A DNA stretch of 16,043 bases from Fidelibacterota bacterium (GTDB lineage: Bacteria > Fidelibacterota > Fidelibacteria > Fidelibacterales > DSDE01). The stretch covers positions 1 through 16,043 of the forward strand of contig JBJKQR010000028.1 of NCBI GenBank assembly GCA_046735395.1, given 5' to 3'. Position numbers and translations under genes: made by a program. The notes beneath the pieces are model-generated. The model saw only the letters and a list, made by a program, of their open reading frames with translations, was not told the DNA's origin and ran no database searches. Below, piece after piece: positions 6,777-15,783 of this stretch (position 1 is its first letter; the number at the start of each line of letters is the position of its first letter).

Positions 6777-9067
6777 AGATCCTCCTTGTTCCTGTCCTGA
6801 TCCGGTTCCAGGAATTTGGGTTTATAAACCAGGCACAGCGCCGGGACGAGCACCATGGCCCCCACGGCACAGGCAAAAATGGACACGACTACCAGAAAGC
6901 CGAAGAATTTCAGAGGTGGAAACATGGACACGAGCAGCGCAGCGAATCCGATCATCACAGACAGGGCATTGAAGGTAATGCCGCGGCCGGTGGTGACGAG
7001 AGTATGTACCACCGCCTCTCTGTAATCCAGTCCCCGTTTCCGTTCCTGCTGGTAGCGCCAGAGAAAATGAATGGTATAGTCGACCCCCACTCCGATCATG
7101 ATGGAGGACAGAATGGCGGTGACGATATCCAGTCGGATGCCCAGATATCCCATCAGACCAAAGAGCAGGATGATCGCTACAAGGAGCGGAACTGTCGCCA
7201 GCAATCCGGCCGTCGGGCTCCGGAACATGAGCATGACCATGAGGGCGATGACAATGATGGCCAGAAACAGGGATATCATCTGGCCGCGAACCACGATATC
7301 AATCAATTCGGCCGTAATCATGCTCTGGCCTCCGGCAAATCTGATTGATGGGTAGCGGGATGCCAGATCCTCTGCCCGGGCAACCACTGCCTTGATGGCG
7401 GATGCGTCCGAATTTTTTATGCGGATCATGATCTGAGCGTGTTCATAGTTGAAATCCACGATCTTCTCAAAATCTTCCGGATCCCCTGACATATTATAGA
7501 GTTCAAGATATTGTGACACGGCTTCGCGGGTATCGGGTATCCGGTTGTAGCCCGCTTCATCGGGATCATTCAGAGCCCGGCTCATGGCTTTGATCACCGT
7601 CGCCAGCGACGTCACATCACCCACATCGGGCATAGATTCCAATTCCGTACTGAACGCATCCATCTGCCTCAGAACATCCGGATTCCTGATATCGCCCTCG
7701 ACCATGACGGATAAATGCTCCGATCCGCCGAATTTCCGGTTGATGAGCTCCGCGGCGATATGGGTGGGATGGTTCCGGGGGAAGAAATTAATCATATTGG
7801 AATCCACTTTCAGGAAAAAGACTCCAAGCAGTAAAAAGAGGACGGTTCCGCTTACAATCCGGAGAATGCGCCGGGGATGGCCCGCAACCATGTTGCCGAG
7901 GTAAAGCAGTTTCGAGTCCGCGTTGCGTTCACTTTGAGTACGATTCTTCCCTTCCCGGGGCCGTTTCATCATGGACAGAAGGGCCGGGATGAAAAACAGG
8001 CTCAATATGAGCGCATAAGCGATTCCGACGGCGGCCATGACACCGAGTTGCCGTGCCGGAATCAGGACATGTGACAGCAGTCCGAGAATACCGGCTATCG
8101 TCGTCAGTCCTGTCAGGAGAACCGGCATTTTCAGATTCAGTACAACCGCCTTCACCAGATCATTTCTGCTATGGAATTCGGGTTGGCTGTCCATCTCCTG
8201 ATACCGGGCGATCAGATGAATTCCATAATTATTTGCTATGGCGATCATCATTACGGGCAGCAGGATCGCCAGAATGGTCAGATCCCACCCGATCATGACC
8301 TGAAACCCCATTGAAAAAATAATGGACATGATGACAATGGCAAAGGGCAGCAGAACACCCCGAAGCTGACGAAAGGTGAGCAGCAGTGTCAACAGCATGA
8401 GGATGAGGGCCAGGGGCATGAGAAGGATGAAATCCCGGGCAATATCGTTCGAAATGGACGCCCGCGTCTCGGGCAGTCCCCCGATGCGCACTGTTTCATC
8501 GCCGGGGACATTCGCAATGGCGTCTTTCACATCCTGCAGAATGATCAGATCGCTCACATCATCATCAATGGAGATGAGGATGGCGGTCATATCAAATTCC
8601 ATGGATACGACCAGTCCATACACCAGATCGTTGGATTTCAGGCTATTCCGAAGCGCTTCCCGCTCTTCAGGAGTCCGGGGCAGCCGTTTTACGGCCGGAT
8701 CCACGATCATCATGCCGTCTTCTCCATGAATATTCTTGGAATCAAAAAGGGAGAGAACCTGATTTACGCCCTTGATCCGTTTGAACTGACGCGACAGTTT
8801 CCCGACGCGTTTCAGCGTTGCAGGATTCAGAACATCATCCGTTTCCAGGAGAACCATCAGCATATCCGATCCACCGAATACCTTGTCAATGGCGTCCGTA
8901 TTCAGGCGGGCGGGAACGGTATCCGGGATATAGGTTTCCAGATCCGCCTGTATCCGGGCCCTGGGCAGTTGAAAGGCGAAGAACAGCGTCAGCGCGGTAA
9001 AACCGAGGATGATCGGCCAGCGAAAACGGATAATCGCCTCTTCCATGCTAAATTTTAATTTTTTCAT
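6773..9067 (-). CDS. MMPL/RND-family inner-membrane transporter
   Basis: Internal duplication of two periplasmic loops each followed by about five TM helices. Motifs IAIANNYGIHL / IGVGVDYTIHF and LTGLTTIAG / FNALSVMIGF. Confidence 0.9.
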   Translation of the reverse strand: MKKLKFSMEEAIIRFRWPIILGFTALTLFFAFQLPRARIQADLETYIPDTVPARLNTDAIDKVFGGSDMLMVLLETDDVLNPATLKRVGKLSRQFKRIKGVNQVLSLFDSKNIHGEDGMMIVDPAVKRLPRTPEEREALRNSLKSNDLVYGLVVSMEFDMTAILISIDDDVSDLIILQDVKDAIANVPGDETVRIGGLPETRASISNDIARDFILLMPLALILMLLTLLLTFRQLRGVLLPFAIVIMSIIFSMGFQVMIGWDLTILAILLPVMMIAIANNYGIHLIARYQEMDSQPEFHSRNDLVKAVVLNLKMPVLLTGLTTIAGILGLLSHVLIPARQLGVMAAVGIAYALILSLFFIPALLSMMKRPREGKNRTQSERNADSKLLYLGNMVAGHPRRILRIVSGTVLFLLLGVFFLKVDSNMINFFPRNHPTHIAAELINRKFGGSEHLSVMVEGDIRNPDVLRQMDAFSTELESMPDVGDVTSLATVIKAMSRALNDPDEAGYNRIPDTREAVSQYLELYNMSGDPEDFEKIVDFNYEHAQIMIRIKNSDASAIKAVVARAEDLASRYPSIRFAGGQSMITAELIDIVVRGQMISLFLAIIVIALMVMLMFRSPTAGLLATVPLLVAIILLFGLMGYLGIRLDIVTAILSSIMIGVGVDYTIHFLWRYQQERKRGLDYREAVVHTLVTTGRGITFNALSVMIGFAALLVSMFPPLKFFGFLVVVSIFACAVGAMVLVPALCLVYKPKFLEPDQDRNKEDL

Positions 9068-9071
9068 TCTG

Positions 9072-9707
9072 TCAGTCCGCGTATGAATTAAAAGTGTCGA
9101 TGAGTCCGTTCAATCCGTTCAGTATCATATCGGCGATCATGTCGGAATACTGTTCATAGAACTGATCATCATAGGCTTCCGGTTCATCATCGTCCAGGAG
9201 GCGCCCAAGGACAAAATGCGAATATATCATCTGAATAATTGCCGGACCGATAAGATTCAGCCGTTTGACATCCCGGTCAAAGTCCATCCCGATTTTGTGC
9301 AGCAGATGGTTTACCGTGGATTTCAGCTGCTGAAGCTGTCCATTTTTCAGATCGTTGACTTCTGCAATTTCGTTATTCAGCTCCGAATACCACACCATCA
9401 TCAGGTTGTGCTGATTCCGGATGAGGCGGACATAGCCCCTCACAAAATGCCGTACATTGGTTGTAAAATCATCCCCTTCATTGACGGATGTCTCCATCAT
9501 GCTTTTAAACTGATTGGTATGTTCCTGAAAGATGGCCCGGAGAATTCCGATCTTGCCTCCGAAATGATAGGAGATCATGGAAATGCTGACCACCGCGTCG
9601 CGGGCGATTTCCCGTACACCCACCATTCCGAAGGATTTCTGGGCGAAGAGGCGGACGGCGGTTTCAAAAATGCGTGTCTTAATATCCTGATTCTTGTCCG
9701 GTGTCAT
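9072..9707 (-). CDS. TetR/AcrR-family transcriptional regulator
   Basis: IFETAVRLFAQKSFGMVGVREIARDAVVSISMISYHFGGKIG is a TetR HTH. Start placed at ATG 9707, preceded by AGGAG overlapping the upstream TAG stop. Confidence 0.9.
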   Translation of the reverse strand: MTPDKNQDIKTRIFETAVRLFAQKSFGMVGVREIARDAVVSISMISYHFGGKIGILRAIFQEHTNQFKSMMETSVNEGDDFTTNVRHFVRGYVRLIRNQHNLMMVWYSELNNEIAEVNDLKNGQLQQLKSTVNHLLHKIGMDFDRDVKRLNLIGPAIIQMIYSHFVLGRLLDDDEPEAYDDQFYEQYSDMIADMILNGLNGLIDTFNSYAD

Positions 9708-9714
9708 ACTGCTC

Positions 9715-11040
9715 CTAAAATTCGAGACGAAGTTCACAATAGATGGCGCTGAAATTGTCCTTTATCAAATCATTCAGAGTTCCGTCCCGGCCATAATAGA
9801 GATCGCCTCCGGCACACAGGGACAGGGCATCCGCCAGTTGATAGCTGACTTTCGGCATGAGCATTGTTTCATGGGTTGTCAGGTCATACAGCCCGAATAT
9901 TTCCAGATTCAGTGTTTCGTATAACAGGGAGAGAGAGGGGCGGAAGCTGAGGGCGTGACGCCATGGATCGGTCTGATTAGTAAATAGATTATTGTACTGC
10001 TCAAGCTTCGGATAGAGCTGCAGCATCGGATCGGAAGGCATGACCACGGCTTGGAAATCCGGGATATGGCGGCCGATATACTGGGCCAGAATACTGAAAT
10101 CCCCCCAGGTCCGGTCCACACCCAGCACATAATAATAATCCTTATAGGGGATATAGTAATGCGTGGATCCATCGTGCTTGTCATCGGGGCTACGCAGGGC
10201 ACCCTCGCCGCGAAGTCCCCAGGCGCCGAGCCGGGTTGAAAAATCCATTCCGATCTGTTGCTGACGATAGGCCGCCGGGCCGACGACGACAGATCCAGTC
10301 GTCATATCCATGGATTCCAGCCGGATGCCCGGCATGGGATTATAGCCATGAACATAGGAAAAGGATCCGTCAACGGCCGAGAAGGTGAAGGAAATGCGCC
10401 CGGCCAGCAGTCCGTTTTTCAGGTCCGGTTCCGGAGGAATATCGGTTCCAATGGAAATATCGGTGGGAAGATCGGCCATTTCCACCGCAAGAATGGTGGG
10501 GGAATAGACCGGACTCCATATCCCTTCGAGGCGAAGGGACGAGGAAATATTATAGGTGGACCGCAGAAGAAGAGCGGCTTTTCGCATATCATCCGCTTCA
10601 GGAGACCGGACTGTTGTATTCTGGGGCGTAATCGCATTGGTGGGATTAAAGCCGTCTGCCCTGCCCCAGACAACAATCTGCTTCCCAAGTCGAATGTCGA
10701 ATTTTTTCAGGAACAGATCCAGGTAAGCCTCGCGAACATCCAGGGTTGAAAATTCAGTGTTCAATTCATAGCCGCTGCGAAAGTGCAGATCGGAATAGGC
10801 CCGGGCCCGGTCTGAAGCTTTCGTGCTCAGTTCCAGATCGGCTTCACCATATCCGCTTTGCAGACGGATTGAATTTGTTCCGGTGAAGCCGTTAATATAG
10901 GCAGTGCTTCGTATATATCCGTTGATGGACGGACCTGCTGCATCGGATTCCGCCGACGTATTGACGGCAGTTTCAAAAATACCCTGTCCCCAGAGCGGCA
11001 GTCCGGTCAGCAGAATAAACAGCAGAAAAGGCCTTTTCAT
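9715..11040 (-). CDS. Outer-membrane beta-barrel protein (DUF1302-like), first gene of the MMPL/LolA-like operon
   Basis: Signal peptide (LWG|Q), VREAYLDL..DIRLGKQIVVWGRADGFNPT motif and C-terminal Phe. GGGGG RBS before ATG 11040. Confidence 0.75.
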   Translation of the reverse strand: MKRPFLLFILLTGLPLWGQGIFETAVNTSAESDAAGPSINGYIRSTAYINGFTGTNSIRLQSGYGEADLELSTKASDRARAYSDLHFRSGYELNTEFSTLDVREAYLDLFLKKFDIRLGKQIVVWGRADGFNPTNAITPQNTTVRSPEADDMRKAALLLRSTYNISSSLRLEGIWSPVYSPTILAVEMADLPTDISIGTDIPPEPDLKNGLLAGRISFTFSAVDGSFSYVHGYNPMPGIRLESMDMTTGSVVVGPAAYRQQQIGMDFSTRLGAWGLRGEGALRSPDDKHDGSTHYYIPYKDYYYVLGVDRTWGDFSILAQYIGRHIPDFQAVVMPSDPMLQLYPKLEQYNNLFTNQTDPWRHALSFRPSLSLLYETLNLEIFGLYDLTTHETMLMPKVSYQLADALSLCAGGDLYYGRDGTLNDLIKDNFSAIYCELRLEF

Positions 11041-11059
11041 TCGCACCCCCTTTTTATCG

Positions 11060-11104
11060 TTCGAACATTCGTTTGAATTTAGGTTCTTTCCCCCGGAATT
11101 TCAA
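11060..11104 (-). promoter_or_regulatory. Operon promoter with overlapping TetR-type operator
   Basis: Minus strand TTGAAA (11104-11099)-17 bp-TAAATT (11081-11076). Imperfect palindrome TTCGAAC-ATTC-GTTTGAA (11060-11077) covers the predicted transcription start. Confidence 0.6.
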
Positions 11105-11149
11105 AGCATTCTCTTCCCCTTTTTTCATTTCCTCACGAATTTTATATTA

Positions 11150-11687
11150 TTCGTGTTCATCCGTGTAATTCGTGGAAACTGAATCCTTCGTGTCAATCCG
11201 TGTTCTTTGTGGACAATCTTTTGGGTTGGATTGTGTTATAGTACGGGTTGGGTGATGTTGGCGGGTGGGCGTGTCGATGCGTAAATGGGTAAATGGGTAG
11301 ATGAGTAGATGGGGAAGAAACGAGACTGGATTCGTGGTCGGAATCCGAGGTTAGAGTTACAGGATTTTTCGTGTATATTCGTGTCATTTGTGGAAAATTC
11401 TTCATTTCGTGTCTATCTGTGTCCTTTGTGGATATTGAATCCTTCGTGTCAATCCATAATCTTCGTGGACAATCTTTTGGGTTGGATTATGTTATAGTCC
11501 GGGTTGAGTGATGTTGGCGGGTGGGCGTCTCGATGCGTAAATGGGTAAATGTGTAGATGAGTAGATGGGGAAGAAACGAGACTGGATTCGTGGTCGGAAT
11601 CCGAGGTTAGAGTTTCAGGATTTTTCGTGTATATTCGTGTCATTCGTGGATATTGAATCCTTCGTGTCAATCCGTGTTCTTCGTGGA
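11150..11687. repeat. Tandem composite repeat: unit A 11180-11435 (256 bp), unit B 11436-11653 (218 bp), partial third unit; seven 27-bp triple-CGTG modules
   Basis: TGAATCCTTCGTGTCAATCC recurs at 11180, 11436 and 11654. Module TTCGTGTnnATYYGTGTnnTTYGTGGA starts at 11150, 11187, 11368, 11406, 11443 (degenerate), 11624 and 11661. Confidence 0.95.
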
Positions 11688-11718
11688 AAGTATTATTCGT
11701 GGTTTCCGATAAATAATA

Positions 11719-11747
11719 TTTACAAATATCAAAATTATAGATAATAT
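11719..11747 (+). promoter_or_regulatory. Possible sigma70 promoter for the ATP-cone nuclease gene
   Basis: TTTACA (11719-11724)-17 bp-TAATAT (11742-11747) in an AT-rich stretch; weak evidence. Confidence 0.35.
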
Positions 11748-11792
11748 CCTCTGCACAATATGTGGTGAAATTCTAAAATAGGTTGGTAACGC

Positions 11793-12650
11793 ATGACGAA
11801 TACGCATTCCGCACAACACGATCAGATCCTTATCAGAAAGGCTTCCGGCGAGGATGAGGCCTTTTCCGAGGAAAAGCTTCGGCGCTCATTGTTCAATGCC
11901 GGAGCAAGACCGGAAACCGTGGACCATATTATCAATGATTTGAAAAGCTGGATCTATCATGGAATCACAAGCCGCAGGATCTATGCTCACGCATTTGACA
12001 TGCTGCGCAAGGAGCGGACGGCCGCGTCTCTGCGTTATCGACTCAAACATGCGATTCTGGAGCTGGGGCCCACCGGTTATCCCTTCGAGCGTTTTATCGG
12101 ACTCCTTTTCGAACATATGGGTTACAGTACCGAGGTGGGTGTGGTGGTTCCGGGAAATTGTGTAACCCACGAAATGGATGTGATCGCCACGCGCGAGTCT
12201 CTGCAGCACCTCGTGGAATGCAAGTATCACAAGGATCAGGGCAGCCATGTGGGCGTACAGGTTCCGCTCTATGTGAGGTCCCGTGTGAATGATATCATTC
12301 ACCGGCGCGAAGCGGAGTCTGACTACGCGGGGTTTTCCTTCAAGGGCTGGGTTGTCACGAATACCCGATTTTCCGAGGATGCCAGAGCCTTCGGCGAATG
12401 TGCCGGATTGAATCTTCTGGCCTGGAACTACCCGGCGGGGAAGGGCCTGAAGGAACAGATCGAAAGTTACCGTATCTACCCGGTGACGGTGCTGAAATCC
12501 CTTTCACTGAAAGACAAACAGGCGCTGATGAACCGGGGTGTTGTCACCTGCGAACAGTTGTGGAAGGACAAGCATATTTTAGAGAGGATGGCTTTAGGAA
12601 CCACGAAGATCCGCCCCGTTATGCGGGAGCTGGCTCATATATATGAGTGA
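11793..12650 (+). CDS. ATP-cone domain fused to an Mrr-like PD-(D/E)XK restriction endonuclease domain
   Basis: N-terminal IRKASGEDEAFSEEKLRRSL is an ATP-cone start. GPTGYPFERFI...GY, HEMDVIA, LVECKYH and WVVTNTRFSEDA are Mrr_cat-type nuclease motifs. Confidence 0.85.
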   Translation: MTNTHSAQHDQILIRKASGEDEAFSEEKLRRSLFNAGARPETVDHIINDLKSWIYHGITSRRIYAHAFDMLRKERTAASLRYRLKHAILELGPTGYPFERFIGLLFEHMGYSTEVGVVVPGNCVTHEMDVIATRESLQHLVECKYHKDQGSHVGVQVPLYVRSRVNDIIHRREAESDYAGFSFKGWVVTNTRFSEDARAFGECAGLNLLAWNYPAGKGLKEQIESYRIYPVTVLKSLSLKDKQALMNRGVVTCEQLWKDKHILERMALGTTKIRPVMRELAHIYE

Positions 12651-12654
12651 CCGG

Positions 12655-15600
12655 TCACTCTGCATTGAAATAGTTTAAAACAGACTTCATCACCTGATCC
12701 CGCGCAGAACGTTCCAGAATGGTCTCAAAGGGAAAGGCAAAGACGATGATACTTGTTCTTCCCCGGAACGCGACGGCGGCGCTGCTGTTATTTTCCGAAT
12801 ATCTCAGAATCGTCTTCGCGGCGGGAGCCACGGCTTCAATGGCGTCGGCCGACTCAGCGGCATAGATGTCCGGATTCAGTCTGGTGTTGAATTCAAAGTT
12901 CATGGGCTGCGGGAAAAAATCCGTATCTGTGGAATGCACCCCGCCATCCTGCACCACATGATCGGTTCTGAGCGTATAGTTCAGAATGTGTTTCGCAAAT
13001 TTTATATCCATTGAATCGGGCTGATCCGTGGACAGACCGCTGCCGACGTAGGCGCCGCTGATGAAGAGATTTCCGCCGTTTTCAGTATATCGACTCAGCT
13101 GATTCTGCATTTTTTCCGGGAAGGTCCGAAACTGCCGTTCAGGGCCGGCTTTGGGCCAGTCGCTATCCTTTTCTTCGCCGAGGATCAGGTCCGCATATCG
13201 GTAGCGGCGAAGATCAATATCCCCGTCCATCACCGATTCATTGCTTGCGGAGACAAAGGAATAGCCGCAGTTTTTCAGCGATTGCCCGTGGATAAATGGA
13301 TAATCAAAGGTATTTCCGGCGATGATCCTGTTCGCGTAGTTGTTGTAACTGGCGCCGTGGCCGGGGGCGTCATCGTCCAGCTGAGGGGAATCTGCGTTGA
13401 AATCATACTGATTCCCCACAAAATTCATATCAAATTTATCCGGGACGCCCTGATCCCAGAAATCGGCAAATCCCAGATATTGATCCGTTTCGATGGTAGC
13501 CGGGCCGGAGATACGATCAAAACCGTTGATGATGAGCACTTCTTTCCGGTTAGTATCCATCCGGCAGGCTGAGAGAATTTCAGAGGGGAAACTCTCACCG
13601 CCGGCATTAACGGCGCTTACCCGGAAGCTGTAGATCACGCCGGGTTTGATCCCCTTCAGTGTAAATTCTTCCTGCTGAACAACCTGTCCGTTATCAAAAT
13701 CCTTCTTGCCCATCCGCGTATACACGATATATTTGTCCGGGAGAGCGGAAGCTTCCAGGGGATCGGGCTGGGCTTTCCATTTCAGCTGAATCTGATACTC
13801 ATCCGTGAATTCTGCCTGAAAATGGGTAACCGGCAGAGGTTGAACGGTATAGTCGGAATGATGCTGGGTGGCGATGAATCTCAGCATGGATTTATAGAGC
13901 GCCCGGCTCACATCGAAGCGAAAGCGCGGGTCCAGGGCAAATTTCATATCGAGATAATTGTGATGAGACAGCAGCTCCAGCAGGACGGCCGGAACGTTGG
14001 GGCTGAAGGCTTCGCTGTAGGGCCGGTCCCAGAGCCAGCGCCGGTTCCAGGCGGCATCGTATTTGGCTCTCAGGTCCTGAACCAGCTGCGTCTGCATGAT
14101 ATCGCCCAGATCCCTGTTGGCGAGCCGGGACATGCCGTCCGGAAAAGTGTCGGGAGAATTTGCGCCCCGGCTGGAATAGATCATGAGGGTTCCCACCACC
14201 GTATCATTGCGGGTGATGCCGTCGTCTGTATGAAATCCCAGCGACAGGTCAATGGGAATCTGCAGCCCCCTGTTATCCGGATCGTGTCGCGGACCGTTCG
14301 GAGCGCCCGTCAGATAATCAACCCATTCGCCCCGGCAGAGATAATCATCCCGGTAATCGTTGCTGTCGGCCATGAAATTGTACACCAGCGTGTCCGGCAT
14401 TCCGGCGTACTGCAGATAATAGCGGGCTGCTTCGGTAAATCGGGGCCGCCCGCTGATCATGCCTCCGCGGGCCACGTTTCCCATTCCGCCTCCGAAACGG
14501 ACGGCATCAGCAGACACGGTTTTACCTTTGTCCCGGCTTTCATTCGTCAGCTGTACCCGGCCGGATTCGGGATGCTTCCCCGCGCTGAATTTGAATTTTC
14601 CCAGATAGGTCCAGGTGCCGCCGCCCATGGCCTGATTAACCCGGAATTCGCTCTTTCCGCCATCATGGTATACCGAGTAGTGCGCATCGCTCACATTGGA
14701 GTCGGAGACAGCATAGGAAATGTAGACGGCGTATTCTCCTGTTTCAGGAATATCGGGAGTCCAGTTGATCTCCGCGGATTCGTTTGTATCTGCAGCCATG
14801 ATCCTTGAGGTTCCATTCAGAAAAGGATTCTCGCCGGCCTGATAAGGTGGATGCCCGATGGCGAAGCCTTTTTTGTTTGTATGTATTTTTCCGCCGGAAG
14901 CGTTTGTTTCTTTATAAGCCGATGACCCCATTGATCCATCATTATCGACAATGATTTCGTGTGTTTGGAAGTCCCGCTCTCTGGGGATAAAGACGTGAGC
15001 GCCGGCGTTTTCGAGCATGGGTTCCAGATAAGGAACCACAAAGGACATGGGCAGCAGATCCTCGACTGTCTGAAAAACCCGGGCGCGCTGCCATTCCCAG
15101 CGATTCAGGCTGCGTTCATAATACCAGCCGTGACTGGGCCACACGGCGATATTCCGGCCATAAAGATCGCTATCCGACAGCCAGGGTTTGCTCAGATTCG
15201 TGACAAATGCCTCCCTGGGTTTATCCTTGGCCGGCATTCGGGAGCTGTCATATTCTGATGCATCGCTGCGGAAATAATTCGGAATCAGCCGGCTGATTTC
15301 CTGCTTATCGGCATAAATGGTCAGGGTGTAATTGCCGAAACGCGTCCCCAGATCCTTTTTCATTTCATCATAAATCTGTCGTGTGTTCTCTTCCCGGTAG
15401 GGAACGCATTCAAACCAGTTGTTGAAATAAATATCTATGTGCTGCGTGTCCTCATGGACAATAAGTGTATCAATTTTTGCGAATTTTACGACAGAGACCG
15501 GATACCCTTCGCTAATGCATCTATCAAGAAATTGAGTAACGCCCCGATAGGCATGCCGGGTTTTCGGATCCAGCTTGCAGACGGAGGGCGGCAGCGATGG

Positions 15601-15672
15601 TCCGAAAATGGATGCACAGCTGCTCATCAGGATCAGAATACAAATGGAAATCATGGTCTGGACTTGTTTCAT
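12655..15672 (-). CDS. Large lipoprotein with split amidase_3-like domain, Golvesin/xanthan-lyase-C-like insert and FN3 domain (family often labelled 'xanthan lyase')
   Basis: Lipobox LMSSC; IAVWPSHG, VEDL, LSLGFHTD and VLLEL motifs; IIVDND...WTPDIPETGEYAVY...VSADAVRFG insert; FN3 YSFRVSAVNAGGES. Start placed at ATG 15672 because GGAG is properly spaced from it rather than from TTG 15681. Confidence 0.75.
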   Translation of the reverse strand: MKQVQTMISICILILMSSCASIFGPSLPPSVCKLDPKTRHAYRGVTQFLDRCISEGYPVSVVKFAKIDTLIVHEDTQHIDIYFNNWFECVPYREENTRQIYDEMKKDLGTRFGNYTLTIYADKQEISRLIPNYFRSDASEYDSSRMPAKDKPREAFVTNLSKPWLSDSDLYGRNIAVWPSHGWYYERSLNRWEWQRARVFQTVEDLLPMSFVVPYLEPMLENAGAHVFIPRERDFQTHEIIVDNDGSMGSSAYKETNASGGKIHTNKKGFAIGHPPYQAGENPFLNGTSRIMAADTNESAEINWTPDIPETGEYAVYISYAVSDSNVSDAHYSVYHDGGKSEFRVNQAMGGGTWTYLGKFKFSAGKHPESGRVQLTNESRDKGKTVSADAVRFGGGMGNVARGGMISGRPRFTEAARYYLQYAGMPDTLVYNFMADSNDYRDDYLCRGEWVDYLTGAPNGPRHDPDNRGLQIPIDLSLGFHTDDGITRNDTVVGTLMIYSSRGANSPDTFPDGMSRLANRDLGDIMQTQLVQDLRAKYDAAWNRRWLWDRPYSEAFSPNVPAVLLELLSHHNYLDMKFALDPRFRFDVSRALYKSMLRFIATQHHSDYTVQPLPVTHFQAEFTDEYQIQLKWKAQPDPLEASALPDKYIVYTRMGKKDFDNGQVVQQEEFTLKGIKPGVIYSFRVSAVNAGGESFPSEILSACRMDTNRKEVLIINGFDRISGPATIETDQYLGFADFWDQGVPDKFDMNFVGNQYDFNADSPQLDDDAPGHGASYNNYANRIIAGNTFDYPFIHGQSLKNCGYSFVSASNESVMDGDIDLRRYRYADLILGEEKDSDWPKAGPERQFRTFPEKMQNQLSRYTENGGNLFISGAYVGSGLSTDQPDSMDIKFAKHILNYTLRTDHVVQDGGVHSTDTDFFPQPMNFEFNTRLNPDIYAAESADAIEAVAPAAKTILRYSENNSSAAVAFRGRTSIIVFAFPFETILERSARDQVMKSVLNYFNAE

Positions 15673-15783
15673 CGTTATCAATCTCCGTGCTGTATATTTT
15701 TTGGAATATAATGGATTTTAGACACAGAATTCACTGTTATGACCCAACAAACATGAATTTAATTTATCAGCGACTGATTATGG

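Noticed and set aside
11193..11670. Small paralogous ORFs 11193-11405, 11449-11670, 11309-11497 (and 15759-16034)
   Set aside because: They are translations of the DNA repeat (low-complexity THLPIYP from the 8-mers). Starts differ between copies and copy C has frame-shifting indels, so conservation is at DNA level.
11150..11687. CRISPR array or TIGR-like guide array
   Set aside because: Spacers are either 10-11 nt or ~154 nt and are themselves repeated. The repeats are degenerate and non-palindromic, and no cas or Nop-domain gene is in the window.
13822..14808. 328-aa plus-strand ORF and the other antisense ORFs inside the large genes
   Set aside because: They lie wholly opposite well-supported genes and show no family motifs, as expected for shadow ORFs in GC-richer coding DNA.
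11688..15783. Composite transposon or integron cassette
   Set aside because: No transposase or integron integrase, no terminal inverted repeats or target duplication, and no attC-like RYYYAAC...GTTRRRY structure was seen. Kept only as a repeat-flanked segment.
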